In this document: piece after piece, positions 52,093 through 62,957 of the stretch
How the letters are laid out: every line of letters starts with the position of its first letter
How positions within the stretch are numbered: position 1 is the stretch's first letter
Source: an uncultured Methylomirabilota bacterium
GTDB lineage: Bacteria > Methylomirabilota > Methylomirabilia > Methylomirabilales > 2-02-FULL-66-22
Direction of reading: 5' to 3'
NCBI GenBank assembly: GCA_963705305.1
Contig: OY970067.1
Coordinates: forward strand, 2,944,001-3,008,000
DNA length: 64,000 nt
Notes under the pieces: model-generated
Seen by the model: only the letters and a program-made list of their open reading frames with translations
Database searches by the model: none
What the model was told of the DNA's origin: nothing
Position numbers and translations under genes: made by a program

Positions 52093-52947
52093 ATGTCGAA
52101 CACGGTGAAGACTGCATTCCTGCTGACGGTTCTGACCGTCCTGCTCATGCTGATTGGCGGGATGGTCGGGGGGCAGCATGGCATGATCGTGGCGTTTCTC
52201 TTTGCCGGCGTGATGAACTTCGCCTCCTACTGGTGGTCGGATCGAATCGTCCTGTGGATGTACGGGGCGCAGGAGGCCACCGAGGCGGAGGCTCCCGAGC
52301 TCTACGCCATCGTGCGCCGCCTGGCCCAGCAGGCCGGCCTGCCCATGCCGCGCGTCTACGTCATCCCCACCGATACGCCAAATGCCTTTGCCACGGGACG
52401 CGACCCGGCCCATGCGGCCGTGGCCGCCACCCAGGGAATCCTGCGCCTCCTGACCCCGGACGAGCTGGAGGGGGTGATCGGCCACGAGCTGGGCCACGTG
52501 CGGAACCGCGACATCCTGATCTCGACCCTGGCGGCCACGCTGGCGGGGGCGATCATGATGTTGGCCCGCATGGCGCAATGGGCGGCCATCTTCGGTGTGG
52601 GCCGCAGCCAAGAGGACGAAGAGGGGGGCGGCGGCCTGATCGAAATGCTGGCACTGGCCATCATCGCCCCGCTGGCGGCCATGCTGATCCAGATGGCCAT
52701 CTCCCGGTCGCGGGAGTATCAGGCAGACGCGACGGGCGCCAAGATCAGCCACAAACCCTGGGCGTTGGCCGACGCGCTGGAGAAGCTGGAGCGGGCCGCG
52801 ACGGTCACGCCCATGCAGGCCAATCCCGCCACCGCCCACATGTTCATCGTCAACCCGTTGAGCGGGGCCAGCTTGCTGCGCCTCTTCTCCACGCATCCGC
52901 CCACCGAGGAGCGTGTGGCTCGTCTCCGATCCATGCGGGTCGGCTGA
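52093..52947 (+). CDS. htpX: Zinc metalloprotease HtpX
   Basis: [26 protein letters not shown]. Confidence 0.95.
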   Translation: MSNTVKTAFLLTVLTVLLMLIGGMVGGQHGMIVAFLFAGVMNFASYWWSDRIVLWMYGAQEATEAEAPELYAIVRRLAQQAGLPMPRVYVIPTDTPNAFATGRDPAHAAVAATQGILRLLTPDELEGVIGHELGHVRNRDILISTLAATLAGAIMMLARMAQWAAIFGVGRSQEDEEGGGGLIEMLALAIIAPLAAMLIQMAISRSREYQADATGAKISHKPWALADALEKLERAATVTPMQANPATAHMFIVNPLSGASLLRLFSTHPPTEERVARLRSMRVG

Positions 52948-52948
52948 C

Positions 52949-53596
52949 ATGCGCTGCCGGGTGATGGGTGGCAACAGGCGCGGGTGGGTCGCCCGTGCCT
53001 GGGCGGTGTGGGCCTGTCTGCTGCTGGCGGGGTGCGCCACCACGCCGAACCCCCGGGGAGAGCTGGCAATCCGCCCGGACGTCCAGCACCAGACCACCTC
53101 CCAGGTGGTGGGGGACGCGGTCGTGGCCTCGCTCGGGGGAGCCACGGTGACCGTCCGGTGGCTGGCCGAGGCGGACGCGGCGCGGTACTACGCGGCTCGG
53201 CCGGGGCTGGTCGATCCCTGGCCACCCGACCTCTGGAAGGAGTCGCCGCCGACGATCTTCCTCCTGCGGGTGCGCAATACGACCCCAGGGGAGCTGCAGT
53301 TCGATCCCGGCATGGTGTCGCTGGTTGCCCCGAGTGGCCAACCCGAGCGGACCATCCCGTATGAAGAAATGTACATGCGGCTGTCGGAGACCAAGGACTC
53401 GGGGGCCCGCCTGGTCAGCCTGCAGGCGACGATGTTCAGCCGCTTTGTCGTGATCCAACCCGGAGGAGAGCGAGAAGGGCTGCTGGTCTTCCGCGAGCTG
53501 GGTCCAAAAGTCAAGCACGTCCTCCTCGAGCTCAGTTCGTTCTTCGTGGAGGGGCGGGCGGTCCCCGGCCTGTTCGAGTTTCAGGTGTCTCGCTGA
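52949..53596 (+). CDS. Hypothetical lipoprotein
   Basis: Lipobox LAGC; begins immediately after the htpX stop. Confidence 0.65.
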   Translation: MRCRVMGGNRRGWVARAWAVWACLLLAGCATTPNPRGELAIRPDVQHQTTSQVVGDAVVASLGGATVTVRWLAEADAARYYAARPGLVDPWPPDLWKESPPTIFLLRVRNTTPGELQFDPGMVSLVAPSGQPERTIPYEEMYMRLSETKDSGARLVSLQATMFSRFVVIQPGGEREGLLVFRELGPKVKHVLLELSSFFVEGRAVPGLFEFQVSR

Positions 53597-53829
53597 CCGG
53601 CAACCGGCCGGGCGGGGTGGGCCCCGGCGGCTGCAGGCGGTTGGCGCCTCTCCCCCAGTATTCGCCGCCAAAATACTAACGGCTTCCCGGCTACACTGAC
53701 CCGCCGGCAGGGCCCGGCTGCAGCCCGCGCGGAGGCCCCGGACGTGCGCCGGAGGGCTCTTCGGCGCGGGGCTGAAGTGGTCGGCATCCGCGCCGGTCTC
53801 GTGCATGCCGATGGGAGGCCGTTGCCGCG

Positions 53830-54165
53830 TCAAACGGAGGTGGAAAGGCGGGGATGCGACCCGGCGGCAGAAGTTAGGCGCGCAAGGACGCCCGCGGCAT
53901 TCGCATCGGCGATGCGTACGACTTTCCGGCGGGCGGTCTCTCCGCGTGCGATGGTGATGTAAGACTGCGGTACGTCCAGCAGTTCCGCCAGGAAGCGGCG
54001 GCAGGCTGCGTTGGCCTCTCCATCCACAGGCGCCGCGGTCAGACGGAGAATCAGGTCCTGCGGAGACCGGAACAGGATTTCCGACCGGGAGCTTCGCGGC
54101 TGGACCCGGAGGGACAACAGCACATCGGGCCCCGCCTGCACCGCCGCCGGCAGCTCGGCGTTCAT
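53830..54165 (-). CDS. DUF167 (YggU) family protein
   Basis: VQPRSS, APVDGEAN, GETARRK. Confidence 0.85.
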   Translation of the reverse strand: MNAELPAAVQAGPDVLLSLRVQPRSSRSEILFRSPQDLILRLTAAPVDGEANAACRRFLAELLDVPQSYITIARGETARRKVVRIADANAAGVLARLTSAAGSHPRLSTSV

Positions 54166-54629
54166 CCTTGGGGGGCGGCCGGCTTCTCCGGCGCGGATTC
54201 CAGCAGATCCAGGTGGGTCTTGAGCAGGCCCCGCAGCTTGGCGGCAAAGAGGTCGCGCTGACGCTTCAGCTCAGCAATCTCCACCTGGACCTGGGCCAGC
54301 TTCTTGTGCGCCTGTTCCAGCAGCCGCTCGGCCTTCAGCTCGGTCTCTTTCATGAGGAGATCGGCTTCCCGCTTGGCATTCGCCTTGATCTCCTCCGTCA
54401 TCTTCTGCGCGGTCACCAGGGTGCTGCGCAGCGTTTCCTCACGCTCCTGATGCGTGTGCACCTCGGCCTCCAGCCGCTGAATCTGTCCGGCGCGGTCGTT
54501 GCTCTCCTGCAGGAGATGGGTCATCTCTTCGGCGACCTGCTCCAGGAAGGTCTGCACCTCCTCCGGATCCAGCCCGCGGAACTTCCGGCCGAACTCTCGC
54601 TGGGTGATCTCGAGCGGAGAGAATTCCAT
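54162..54629 (-). CDS. divIVA: DivIVA domain protein
   Basis: SPLEITQREF..FRGLD..EV..FL followed by a coiled coil. Confidence 0.88.
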   Translation of the reverse strand: MEFSPLEITQREFGRKFRGLDPEEVQTFLEQVAEEMTHLLQESNDRAGQIQRLEAEVHTHQEREETLRSTLVTAQKMTEEIKANAKREADLLMKETELKAERLLEQAHKKLAQVQVEIAELKRQRDLFAAKLRGLLKTHLDLLESAPEKPAAPQG

Positions 54630-54925
54630 CAGCGCATCCTCCAGGCCAGGTCGTGCAGCGTTCCCACCAGGAAAGTCTGCAGAAAATAGATCGCCAGGAT
54701 GACCACGACGGGCGAGAAGTCGATTCCAAACTGCCACGGCAGCCGGCGGCGGACGGGCGCCAGCACAGGCTCGGTGATGCGAGTGAGGAACTGCACGATC
54801 GGGTTCCAGGGATCGGGATTCACCCAGGACAGCAGCGCCCGGATGATGACGACCCACATGTACAGCCACAGCACGGTGTTCAGGATCGTGGCCAGGGCGC
54901 TCATGAAATTGCCCATCACGAACAT
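54629..54925 (-). CDS. yggT: YggT family membrane protein
   Basis: LLSWVNPDP.NP, TEPVLAP, IDFSP. Confidence 0.92.
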   Translation of the reverse strand: MFVMGNFMSALATILNTVLWLYMWVVIIRALLSWVNPDPWNPIVQFLTRITEPVLAPVRRRLPWQFGIDFSPVVVILAIYFLQTFLVGTLHDLAWRMR

Positions 54926-54964
54926 CGACTCGTGTCCTTCCCGCCGGAGCCCGTCCCCGCGGCC

Positions 54965-55780
<816 letters not shown>

Positions 55781-55799
55781 GTGCCGACCCCCTCGGGGT

Positions 55800-55828
55800 T
55801 TTATAGCCTTGCGTCGGGTGGAAGTCAA
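55800..55828 (-). promoter_or_regulatory. Sigma70-type promoter of the proC operon
   Basis: Minus strand TTGACT (55828-55823)-N17-TATAAA (55805-55800). Confidence 0.65.
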
Positions 55829-55842
55829 GCCTCTCCGAAGCG

Positions 55843-57362
55843 CCCTAATCTCCGGCTAAGAAGTTGAGGGGGATCGCGAATCACGCAGCGGCCCGCAGTG
55901 CGCGCGGCCCGCGGGGTTGGCATCGGCCTTGCTTGGTTTCACCCAGTGGGTGCAAACACCACAAGGAGGAGAGCGATGCCCGACACCTCGCCCCGGTTGC
56001 CGTTCGAGATCGATGACGCGATCGACCCCACGCTGGTCACGGGCCGGGCCGGGGTCCCGCTCGTGATCGAGCTGTTCCGCCAGCTCGGGGTGGCCCAGGC
56101 CGTCGACACCCACGTTGCGGTCAAGCAGCGGCAGCGCGGATTACCCCCCTCGCAGCTCGTGGAGAGTCTCGTCGCGTTGTGGACGAGCGGCGGGGACCGC
56201 TGCCAGGACCTCACGACGCTCCGGGAGGATCAGGCCCTGGCCACGCTGCTCGGCTACCCCCTGCCGGCCGCGACCACGGTCCGGGACTTCCTCGAGGCCT
56301 TCCACGTGGAGGACGGGCCGCTCTGGGTGGCCGGGCCCGCGGCCACGGTCCCCCTGGAGTCCGCCCCCTTGGCGGGCCTCGGACAGGCGAACCGGACGCT
56401 GGTCGCGGGCGTCCAGCGCGGGGCCCGGGCGGCGACGGCCACCCTGGATGTGGACGCGACGCTCGTCGAGAGCCACAAGGACGCGGCGACCGTGGCCTAC
56501 GACGGGACCCGGGGCTACCAGCCCGTCGTGGTCCTCTGGGCCGAGCACGATGTCATCGTGCACGACCAGTTCCGCGATGGCCAGGTGCCCGCCGGGTGCG
56601 GCAACGTGCGCGTCCTCGAACAGGCGGTGGCCAACTTGCCCCAGGGCGTGGACCGCATCTCCCTGCGGGCCGACAGCGCCCTCTACGAGACGGAGGTCCT
56701 CCGCTGGTGCGAGGAGAAGAAAATCGCCTACGCGATTAGCGCCGATATGTCCGCGCAGCTCCAGGCCGAGATCCGGCGCCTCCCCGCGGCCGCCTGGCAG
56801 CTCGAGCGGGAGGAGCCCGAGGCGATCCGGGCCTGGGCCGAAGTCCCCTACGTCCCCGAGGATGGCGATCACCGGAAGGCGCGGCCGTGCGTTCGCCGCT
56901 ACCTCGCGGTGCGTATCCAGCGACGCCAGGGGAGCCTCTTCGCCGACGGGAGTAGCGTGCAGTACTTCGCCGTGGTCACCAATCGGCCGGAGGATGGGCT
57001 CACGATCCTCCGGTGGCACCGGGAGAAAGCAGGGACCATCGAGCACACCCATCACGTCCTCAAGACCGAGCTGGCGGCCGCCGCGCTGCCCAGTGGGAAG
57101 TTCGGGGCGAACGCCGCCTGGTTCCGGCTGAACGTGCTCACCTACAACCTGCTCACCGCGCTCAAGCGGTTGACCTTACCCGGAGATCTCCGGACCGCCC
57201 GGCCGAAGCGTCTCCGGTTCCTGCTGTTCAACACCGTCGGGAAGGTCGTCGCGCATGCCCGACGGACGCTCTTGCGGCTCTCGGGCGCCCTGCAGCACGC
57301 CTTGCTCGTCCGGGCGCGGCGCAAGATCGCCCGGCTGGCCACCGCTTAGCCGGAGATTAGGG
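55843..57362 (+). mobile_element. IS1380-family element, copy 2 (1520 bp, apparently identical to copy 1)
   Basis: Same 18-bp IRs; TSD AAGCG (55838-42, 57363-67); identical ORF translations. Confidence 0.93.
55976..57349 (+). CDS. IS1380-family DDE transposase
   Basis: Same protein as 33792-35165. Confidence 0.92.
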   Translation: MPDTSPRLPFEIDDAIDPTLVTGRAGVPLVIELFRQLGVAQAVDTHVAVKQRQRGLPPSQLVESLVALWTSGGDRCQDLTTLREDQALATLLGYPLPAATTVRDFLEAFHVEDGPLWVAGPAATVPLESAPLAGLGQANRTLVAGVQRGARAATATLDVDATLVESHKDAATVAYDGTRGYQPVVVLWAEHDVIVHDQFRDGQVPAGCGNVRVLEQAVANLPQGVDRISLRADSALYETEVLRWCEEKKIAYAISADMSAQLQAEIRRLPAAAWQLEREEPEAIRAWAEVPYVPEDGDHRKARPCVRRYLAVRIQRRQGSLFADGSSVQYFAVVTNRPEDGLTILRWHREKAGTIEHTHHVLKTELAAAALPSGKFGANAAWFRLNVLTYNLLTALKRLTLPGDLRTARPKRLRFLLFNTVGKVVAHARRTLLRLSGALQHALLVRARRKIARLATA

Positions 57363-57718
57363 AAGCGCCCGAGCCCGTGGGCCCGATCCTTGGGCGAGGG
57401 CGCGGTATCCCCGATATCCTTGTCTGGCGATCGCGCCCAAGCGGGCAGCAGCGGCGTCGATTCCGTCGCACGCCGTCGCCGCTGCCCGTTCGCCGTGCGG
57501 AGGAGGCGGTCGGCCACGCCCTGGGACGTCCGGGGACCGTCGGGAGCACGTCGCCGGTGGCCATCGGGAAAACTTGCGGGTGCGAGGGCGCTTGGGGTAT
57601 ACAAAGAGCGCCTGCATGCCGCAGCATGCAGGATTTCCCAGGCCTCCCGCCTCGTGATTCGCAGCAGGCGTACGGCGAGGGTCGGGGAGATCTACAACCT
57701 TCGCGGAGGGAGGTTCGG

Positions 57719-58636
57719 ATGGGTGATCGACGGCAGGTCCGGGTGCGGGTCCCGGCTACGGCGGCGAACCTCGGCGCAGGGTTCGATGTGCTGGGGATCG
57801 CCCTGGGCCTGTACAACGAGATCGAGGTGGAGATTGAGGGCACCGGGCTGGCCCTGCAGGTTGAGGGGGAGGGGGCCCAGCGGCTGCAGAGCCTGGCGGG
57901 ACGGAATCTCACCGTTCGGGCCGTCTCGACGACCCTCGAGCGGCTGGGGCGTCCGGCCGCCGGCCTGCGGGTGCACATGCGAAATGCGATCCCCCTGAGT
58001 CGGGGCCTGGGCAGCAGCGCCGCCGCCGCGCTGGGCGGCGTGGCGGCGGCGGCAGCGCTCGCGGGGGCGTCCCTGTCCCCGGAGGATCTGCTCGGCCTGG
58101 CGCTGCCCTTCGAAGGGCACCCCGACAACATCACTCCGGCCTTGCTGGGTGGCCTGACGGTGGCCGCCCTGGAAGCGGGGCGGGTGCGGTGTCTCAAGCT
58201 TCCCATCCCCGCCGACGTGAAGGCGATCGCCGTCGTGCCCGACTTTCATCTGCCCACGGTCAAGGCGCGGAAAGTCCTGCCCAGAATGGTGCCCCGCGAG
58301 GATGCGGTGTTCAACGTGGGCCGGGTCGCCCTTTTCCTGGGCGCGATGCAGACCGGCCGCCTGGAGCTTTTGCGCGAGGCCGTACGTGACCGCCTGCATC
58401 AACCCTATCGTGCACCGCTCATTCCCGGCATGGAGGAGGTATTGGCGGAAGGCGAGCGCGCCGGGGCGCTGGCGTGCTTCCTGAGCGGCGCCGGCCCCAC
58501 GCTGTTGGCCCTGGTCGCGGGGGACGAGCAGGAGGTGGGGGCCCGGATGGCGGCCTGCTGGAGGGCGCGGGCCAATATCTCGGCCCGGGCGGAGGTTCTC
58601 TCCATCGACCGGGCGGGACTGCAGGTGGACGGCTAG
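57719..58636 (+). CDS. thrB: Homoserine kinase
   Basis: VPATAANLGAGFD, PLSRGLGSSA, EGHPDN, LHQPYR, SGAGPT; GGAGG RBS. Confidence 0.94.
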   Translation: MGDRRQVRVRVPATAANLGAGFDVLGIALGLYNEIEVEIEGTGLALQVEGEGAQRLQSLAGRNLTVRAVSTTLERLGRPAAGLRVHMRNAIPLSRGLGSSAAAALGGVAAAAALAGASLSPEDLLGLALPFEGHPDNITPALLGGLTVAALEAGRVRCLKLPIPADVKAIAVVPDFHLPTVKARKVLPRMVPREDAVFNVGRVALFLGAMQTGRLELLREAVRDRLHQPYRAPLIPGMEEVLAEGERAGALACFLSGAGPTLLALVAGDEQEVGARMAACWRARANISARAEVLSIDRAGLQVDG

Positions 58637-58654
58637 GGCCGGTCGAGACGGGGT

Positions 58655-60128
58655 CTACGGGGCCACCGGAAGATGAACCGTGAAGGCTGTTCCCACACCC
58701 ACCTCGCTCCGCACGTCGATGGTCCCCTTGTGGTCCTCCACGATCCGGTGGGCGATGGCCATGCCGAGACCGAGCCCTTTCTCCTTGGTGGTGTAGAACG
58801 GATCGAAGATCCGCGACAGACGCTCGGGCGGGATACCCTGCCCCGTGTCGGAGATGGTCACACAGACGGCCGGCTCCGGGCGCGTGCCCGCCGGGCGGGA
58901 CACGGCGAACGTCATGGCGGGCACCGATTGCGTCGACAGCTTGAGGTCGCCCCCATTCGGCATGGCCTGCACGGCATTCGACACGAGGTTGCTGAAGCAG
59001 CGGTGGAGGCGCTTGCGATCCACCATCCCGTAGGGCAGATCGGGGTCGAATTCCCGAATGATCTTGATGCCCTGGTTCGTCGCCTGGGTTTCAAACAACT
59101 CCAGGATCTGCGAGAGGATCTCATTCAGGTTCACCGGCTCGAGCTGCACGTTCATCGGCCGTGCCAGCTCCATCATCTCTTCGATGACGGCCTGGACGCG
59201 CTCCAGCTCCCGCGGGACCACCCGGTCGAACTTCTCCCGGACGCTGGGGTCATCATGGTGCATGGACATCAGCTGAGAGAAGATCAGGATCGAGGTGAGG
59301 GGGTTCCGGATATCGTGAGCGATGCCGGCCGCCATCGTCCCCAGGGCGGCCAACCGGTCGGCTCGACGCAGGCGGTCCTCCAGCTCGCGCACGTGGGAGA
59401 GCTGGCGGCTCATCTCGTTGAAGGCGGCCGAGAGCTGGCCGAGCTCGTCGTGGGAATGCACCTCAATCTGCTGGTTGAAATCGCCGCGACCGACGGCGGC
59501 CACGCCCTGGGTGAGGGCCCGAAGAGGCTTGGTAATTCGTTCCGCCAGGACCACGGAACTTAGGCTGGAGAGAAGGACCGCCAAGAGGCCGAAGGCAACG
59601 ATCTGCCATCCGGTCCGTGTGATCTGTTTGTTCATGCCCTCCAGGGACACGCCGATGCGGACCGTTCCCCACCGTTGCGCAGAACCCTCGATCATGACCG
59701 GGACCGCCACATCGTATACGGTCTCGCTATGGGCGCCCGGGATGCTGCGCTGGCGGATCAGCGGTTTGTCCCCAGCCGCCGGCATCTCCTGGTAGTCCTG
59801 GAGAAGGTCCTTTTGGCTCAAGACATTCCGGACGCTGCTCGCGGCAACGTGCCCCTCCTTGTCCAAGACGACGGCGTATACGACGTTCAGCGCTTCTGGT
59901 AGCAACGGCTAGGCTCTGCTCCACTCCCACGTAATTGTATGTGACGAGAGAGTTAGCGCTGGCTTGGGCCAGGCCGCTGGCCAGGATAAGGGCTCGCTTT
60001 CTCACCTCCTCGACAATAGCATTCCGCTGTTCCCTTTGCGCCACGACAGCTGCGCTGCCCACGAGCAACACTACGAGCAGGTTGATGAACAAGATGAGCT
60101 TCGTTCGGATGGGGAGATGGTTGATCAT
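58655..60128 (-). CDS. Membrane sensor histidine kinase (TM-periplasmic domain-TM-HAMP-HisKA-HATPase), frameshifted near 59900
   Basis: N-part MINHLPIRTKL..TM1 in ORF 59727-60128; remainder (TM2, HAMP DELGQL..FN, AHDIRNPL, DTGQGI, GLGLG) in ORF 58655-59905. Confidence 0.88.
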
Positions 60129-60154
60129 GGCGGAACCGCGCCCGTAGGGTGAGC

Positions 60155-61804
60155 CTACTTCTCCTTGTTCCGATCGAACCAGATCCGTTTCATGGGGATA
60201 TAAGGGTCTCCCAGCGCGCTCACCTCGATCCCCCTCACGTAGGGCTGGAAAATCCGCTCGTAGGAATAATAGCTCAGGACTATGAGTGGTGCCAGGTTCA
60301 TAATCTCCCGCTCTGCTTCCTGATAGAGAAGAAGCTTCCTCTGGGTGTCGCTCTCGAAACGGGCCCGCTGCAAGAGGGAGTCGACGGTGCGATTGTGGAG
60401 CTGCGTGAAATTGTCGGAGCTTCGAGAGTCGAACAGCTGTCCCAGGAACGTTTCGGGATCCGGCGTGTCAGCGTACCAACTGTACCGGAAGATCGGCAGC
60501 TTTCCCGCGTAGACCCCGGCATGGTATTCGGGCCAGTTTGTGTTGTAATGGATCTCTGCGTGAATTCCCACGGCAGCCAAGTACTTGATGATGGTCTGGT
60601 GCTCGGCCACAGCCTCGTCGTTCTTCCGCGCCGACCAAATATGAATGACCGGCAGGCCCTTTCCGCCCGGGTAGCCGGCAGCGGCCAAGAGGTCGGCTGA
60701 TTTTTTGGGATCGTAAGGATAGCCGACGAGATTTGGATCATAGCCGTAGGTGCCGGGCGGAAGAATCCCAGCAGCAGGGAGGTACTGGTCGTCATAGATC
60801 TCGTGCATGAGCCTGCGGCGGTCGATCGCGTAATTGATCGCTTGGCGAACCCGCGGATCGTCGAGGGGTTTCGTGGTGGTGTTGATCCCCAAGAAGGAGA
60901 TACCAAGAATGGGGCGACGGATGAACTGGTACCTTCGATCATTAAGCAGTTGCGTGCGCATTCGTGCTGGAATGCCTGAGTCCTCGAGATTCCCGCGCTC
61001 AAACTCTTCGAACATTTTGTCGAGGTTTTCGCCGGTGAAGATCCTGTACTCCAGCCGGTTGAGCTTCGGGGGCCCCTCGAAATAATCCCGATTGGCCGAT
61101 AGGACAATCTCCTTGTTCCGGACCCATCTGACAAACTTGAAGGGTCCTGTGCCCACGGGCTCCTGCCCAAAACGATCGCCCAAGCTTTTTACCACCTCTT
61201 GCGGGACGACCTTCGCGAAGCCGACAGCCAGCGAAGCGACGAAGGGCGACTGAGACTCTGTCAGAGTGATCCGAAGGGTTAGCGGATCGAGAGCCTCCAG
61301 GCCCTCCACACGGCTGGCGCGTCCCTCAGCGAACTCCCTGGCTCCTTTGATTTTCATGAAAAGGGTGGCGCCTGCGGATTTGGTTGCGGGATCCACGATG
61401 CGGGTGAAAGAGTATACGAAGTCCTGCGCGGTCACGTCCCGCCCGTTGTGGAATTTCACCCCCTTCTTTAGCTTGAAGGTCCACACCAATCCGTCGCGCG
61501 AGGCTGTCCATGTCTCGGCGATGGCAGGCTTTATGCCGAGAGCACCGTCGAATTGAACGAGCCCGTCGAAGAGTTGGTTGGCAATGGTACGACCGTAGAT
61601 GTCGTTGGGGCGAGCGGGATCCAGGGTTACCGGATCAGTCGCCAACGGACGACGGTAGGTGTCACCTTGGTGCTCGTCTCCGGACCGGACGAATGCCTCC
61701 CCACCCACGGCAGGGCAGGGAGGTACCCCTAAGGCGGCGACAAACGCCAACAAGAAGGCGATCTTCCAGCGCCGGAAGTCACACCACGATGATCTAGGAA
61801 CCAC
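60155..61804 (-). CDS. Family 5 (OppA/DppA-like) extracellular solute-binding protein
   Basis: DPVTLDP, LFDGLV, GVKFHNG, PVGTGPF, VRQAINYAID, signal-like N-terminus; start approximate. Confidence 0.92.
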   Translation of the reverse strand: MVPRSSWCDFRRWKIAFLLAFVAALGVPPCPAVGGEAFVRSGDEHQGDTYRRPLATDPVTLDPARPNDIYGRTIANQLFDGLVQFDGALGIKPAIAETWTASRDGLVWTFKLKKGVKFHNGRDVTAQDFVYSFTRIVDPATKSAGATLFMKIKGAREFAEGRASRVEGLEALDPLTLRITLTESQSPFVASLAVGFAKVVPQEVVKSLGDRFGQEPVGTGPFKFVRWVRNKEIVLSANRDYFEGPPKLNRLEYRIFTGENLDKMFEEFERGNLEDSGIPARMRTQLLNDRRYQFIRRPILGISFLGINTTTKPLDDPRVRQAINYAIDRRRLMHEIYDDQYLPAAGILPPGTYGYDPNLVGYPYDPKKSADLLAAAGYPGGKGLPVIHIWSARKNDEAVAEHQTIIKYLAAVGIHAEIHYNTNWPEYHAGVYAGKLPIFRYSWYADTPDPETFLGQLFDSRSSDNFTQLHNRTVDSLLQRARFESDTQRKLLLYQEAEREIMNLAPLIVLSYYSYERIFQPYVRGIEVSALGDPYIPMKRIWFDRNKEK

Positions 61805-62552
61805 CGATCATTCCCTCCCTGCAAAGCGAATACGCGACAAGCGCCAGGACATCATGCACACCTATGCGTACCGGGGCACCGATCATGCGAGCGGTGGGTG
61901 AAATGTCCGTCGTGGCCGCGGCAGGGAATCCATCGTAAGCCTGAGTCTGCGACCTTGTCACAACCTCCTCGCTACTACCGCCGTGCACCTGCGAAGCCAG
62001 CAGGGGTCATGGCGGACACTTCTTCGGACACACTCTGACAACTAATAAAAGGTTGTCAAGATAAATTCACGGGGGTTGAACGCATCTGAACTGATTACAT
62101 TGTGACAGGGAGGAAACAGGGGGGACCCAATTCCTCGCCGGCGCCTCAGTCAGATGGTGGGCGCGCGCGTCCTGCGGTTCGGAATCTCGAAGTGATGAGC
62201 GAGCCACGGATGGCGAGAAAGCCGAGCGGGAAGGGTAGACGGCAGAAACAGTAGCCGGAGTTGCTTGGCCGGCTTCATTCTTGGGGAAACCCCACTTGGT
62301 TCTTCAGGGGCACTCGCCCGCCCCCGGCGTCAAAGGGGACGACAACTCGAACCGCCGAAGGGGGGCGGAATGCAGAGCGGAGCCCTTGAAGATAAGGTGT
62401 CCGCTCAAGTCTAGCCTTTCGTCCATGGACCAGTTGGCGTCGAGGCTGTTGTAGCGTTGGCGCAAGCATCCGACCGGGAGGTCGGAGAGTTGACTGGACT
62501 GCTGGCTGGTAGGCCGCCGGAGAACGAGGTATTTTTCGTGCGCACTAAACAC

Positions 62553-62583
62553 AAAAAGGGGATGAGGCTCACGCCTCATCCCC
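62553..62583 (-). terminator. Rho-independent terminator of the small-peptide gene
   Basis: Perfect 11-bp stem GGGGATGAGGC / GCCTCATCCCC, GTGA loop, then TTTTT on the minus strand, 36 nt after the stop. Confidence 0.88.
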
Positions 62584-62619
62584 GGAAGTGTCGAGTATGC
62601 TGATGTGAACTCGGTCAGG

Positions 62620-62742
62620 CTACATGCCCCCTTCGGCAAAACCGGTGCGGCTGAACACCTGGGTATTGGACTGCACTTCCATCGCCGGAACGATCGCGAG
62701 GAGGCCGATCACCACCAGCACCAGGACGATGATCTTCTTCAT
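62620..62742 (-). CDS. 40-aa secreted peptide precursor MKKIIVLVLVVIGLLAIVPAMEVQSNTQVFSRTGFAEGGM (not in ORF track)
   Basis: AGGAG RBS 8 nt before ATG; MKK plus hydrophobic signal; own promoter and terminator. Confidence 0.85.
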   Translation of the reverse strand: MKKIIVLVLVVIGLLAIVPAMEVQSNTQVFSRTGFAEGGM

Positions 62743-62833
62743 GACGGTTTCTCCTTTTGTTCGATTTGAGATTTCCAATAAGTCCATCTTGACTCAGTTT
62801 TCGGCGTTTCGCTGTTCTCTGGGCCGGAAGTAA

Positions 62834-62849
62834 AGCAGGGCGTATGCCA
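62834..62849 (-). promoter_or_regulatory. Sigma54 -24/-12 promoter of the peptide gene
   Basis: Minus strand TGGCATACGCCCTGCT (GG-N10-GC). Confidence 0.75.
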
Positions 62850-62937
62850 TAGCAAAGCAAAAGAGGCGGGAGGTTCGGAAATTCCTGATCAATAAAGGAG
62901 TTAACCCTTTATGGAGTAGGCTAGTGCGGAATACGTG

Positions 62938-62957
62938 TTGCCTAAATTTTTAGGCAA
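62938..62957. promoter_or_regulatory. Candidate enhancer (UAS) palindrome
   Basis: Perfect TTGCCTAAA-N2-TTTAGGCAA about 90-110 nt upstream of the -24 box. Confidence 0.55.

Noticed and set aside
57368..57718. T-box or thr attenuator upstream of thrB
   Set aside because: GC-rich hairpins only; no T-box motif or Thr-rich leader peptide found.
62275..62639. ORFs 62304-62639 and 62275-62469 as genes
   Set aside because: No recognisable motifs or RBS; the longer ORF runs through the strong terminator and overlaps the better-supported peptide gene.
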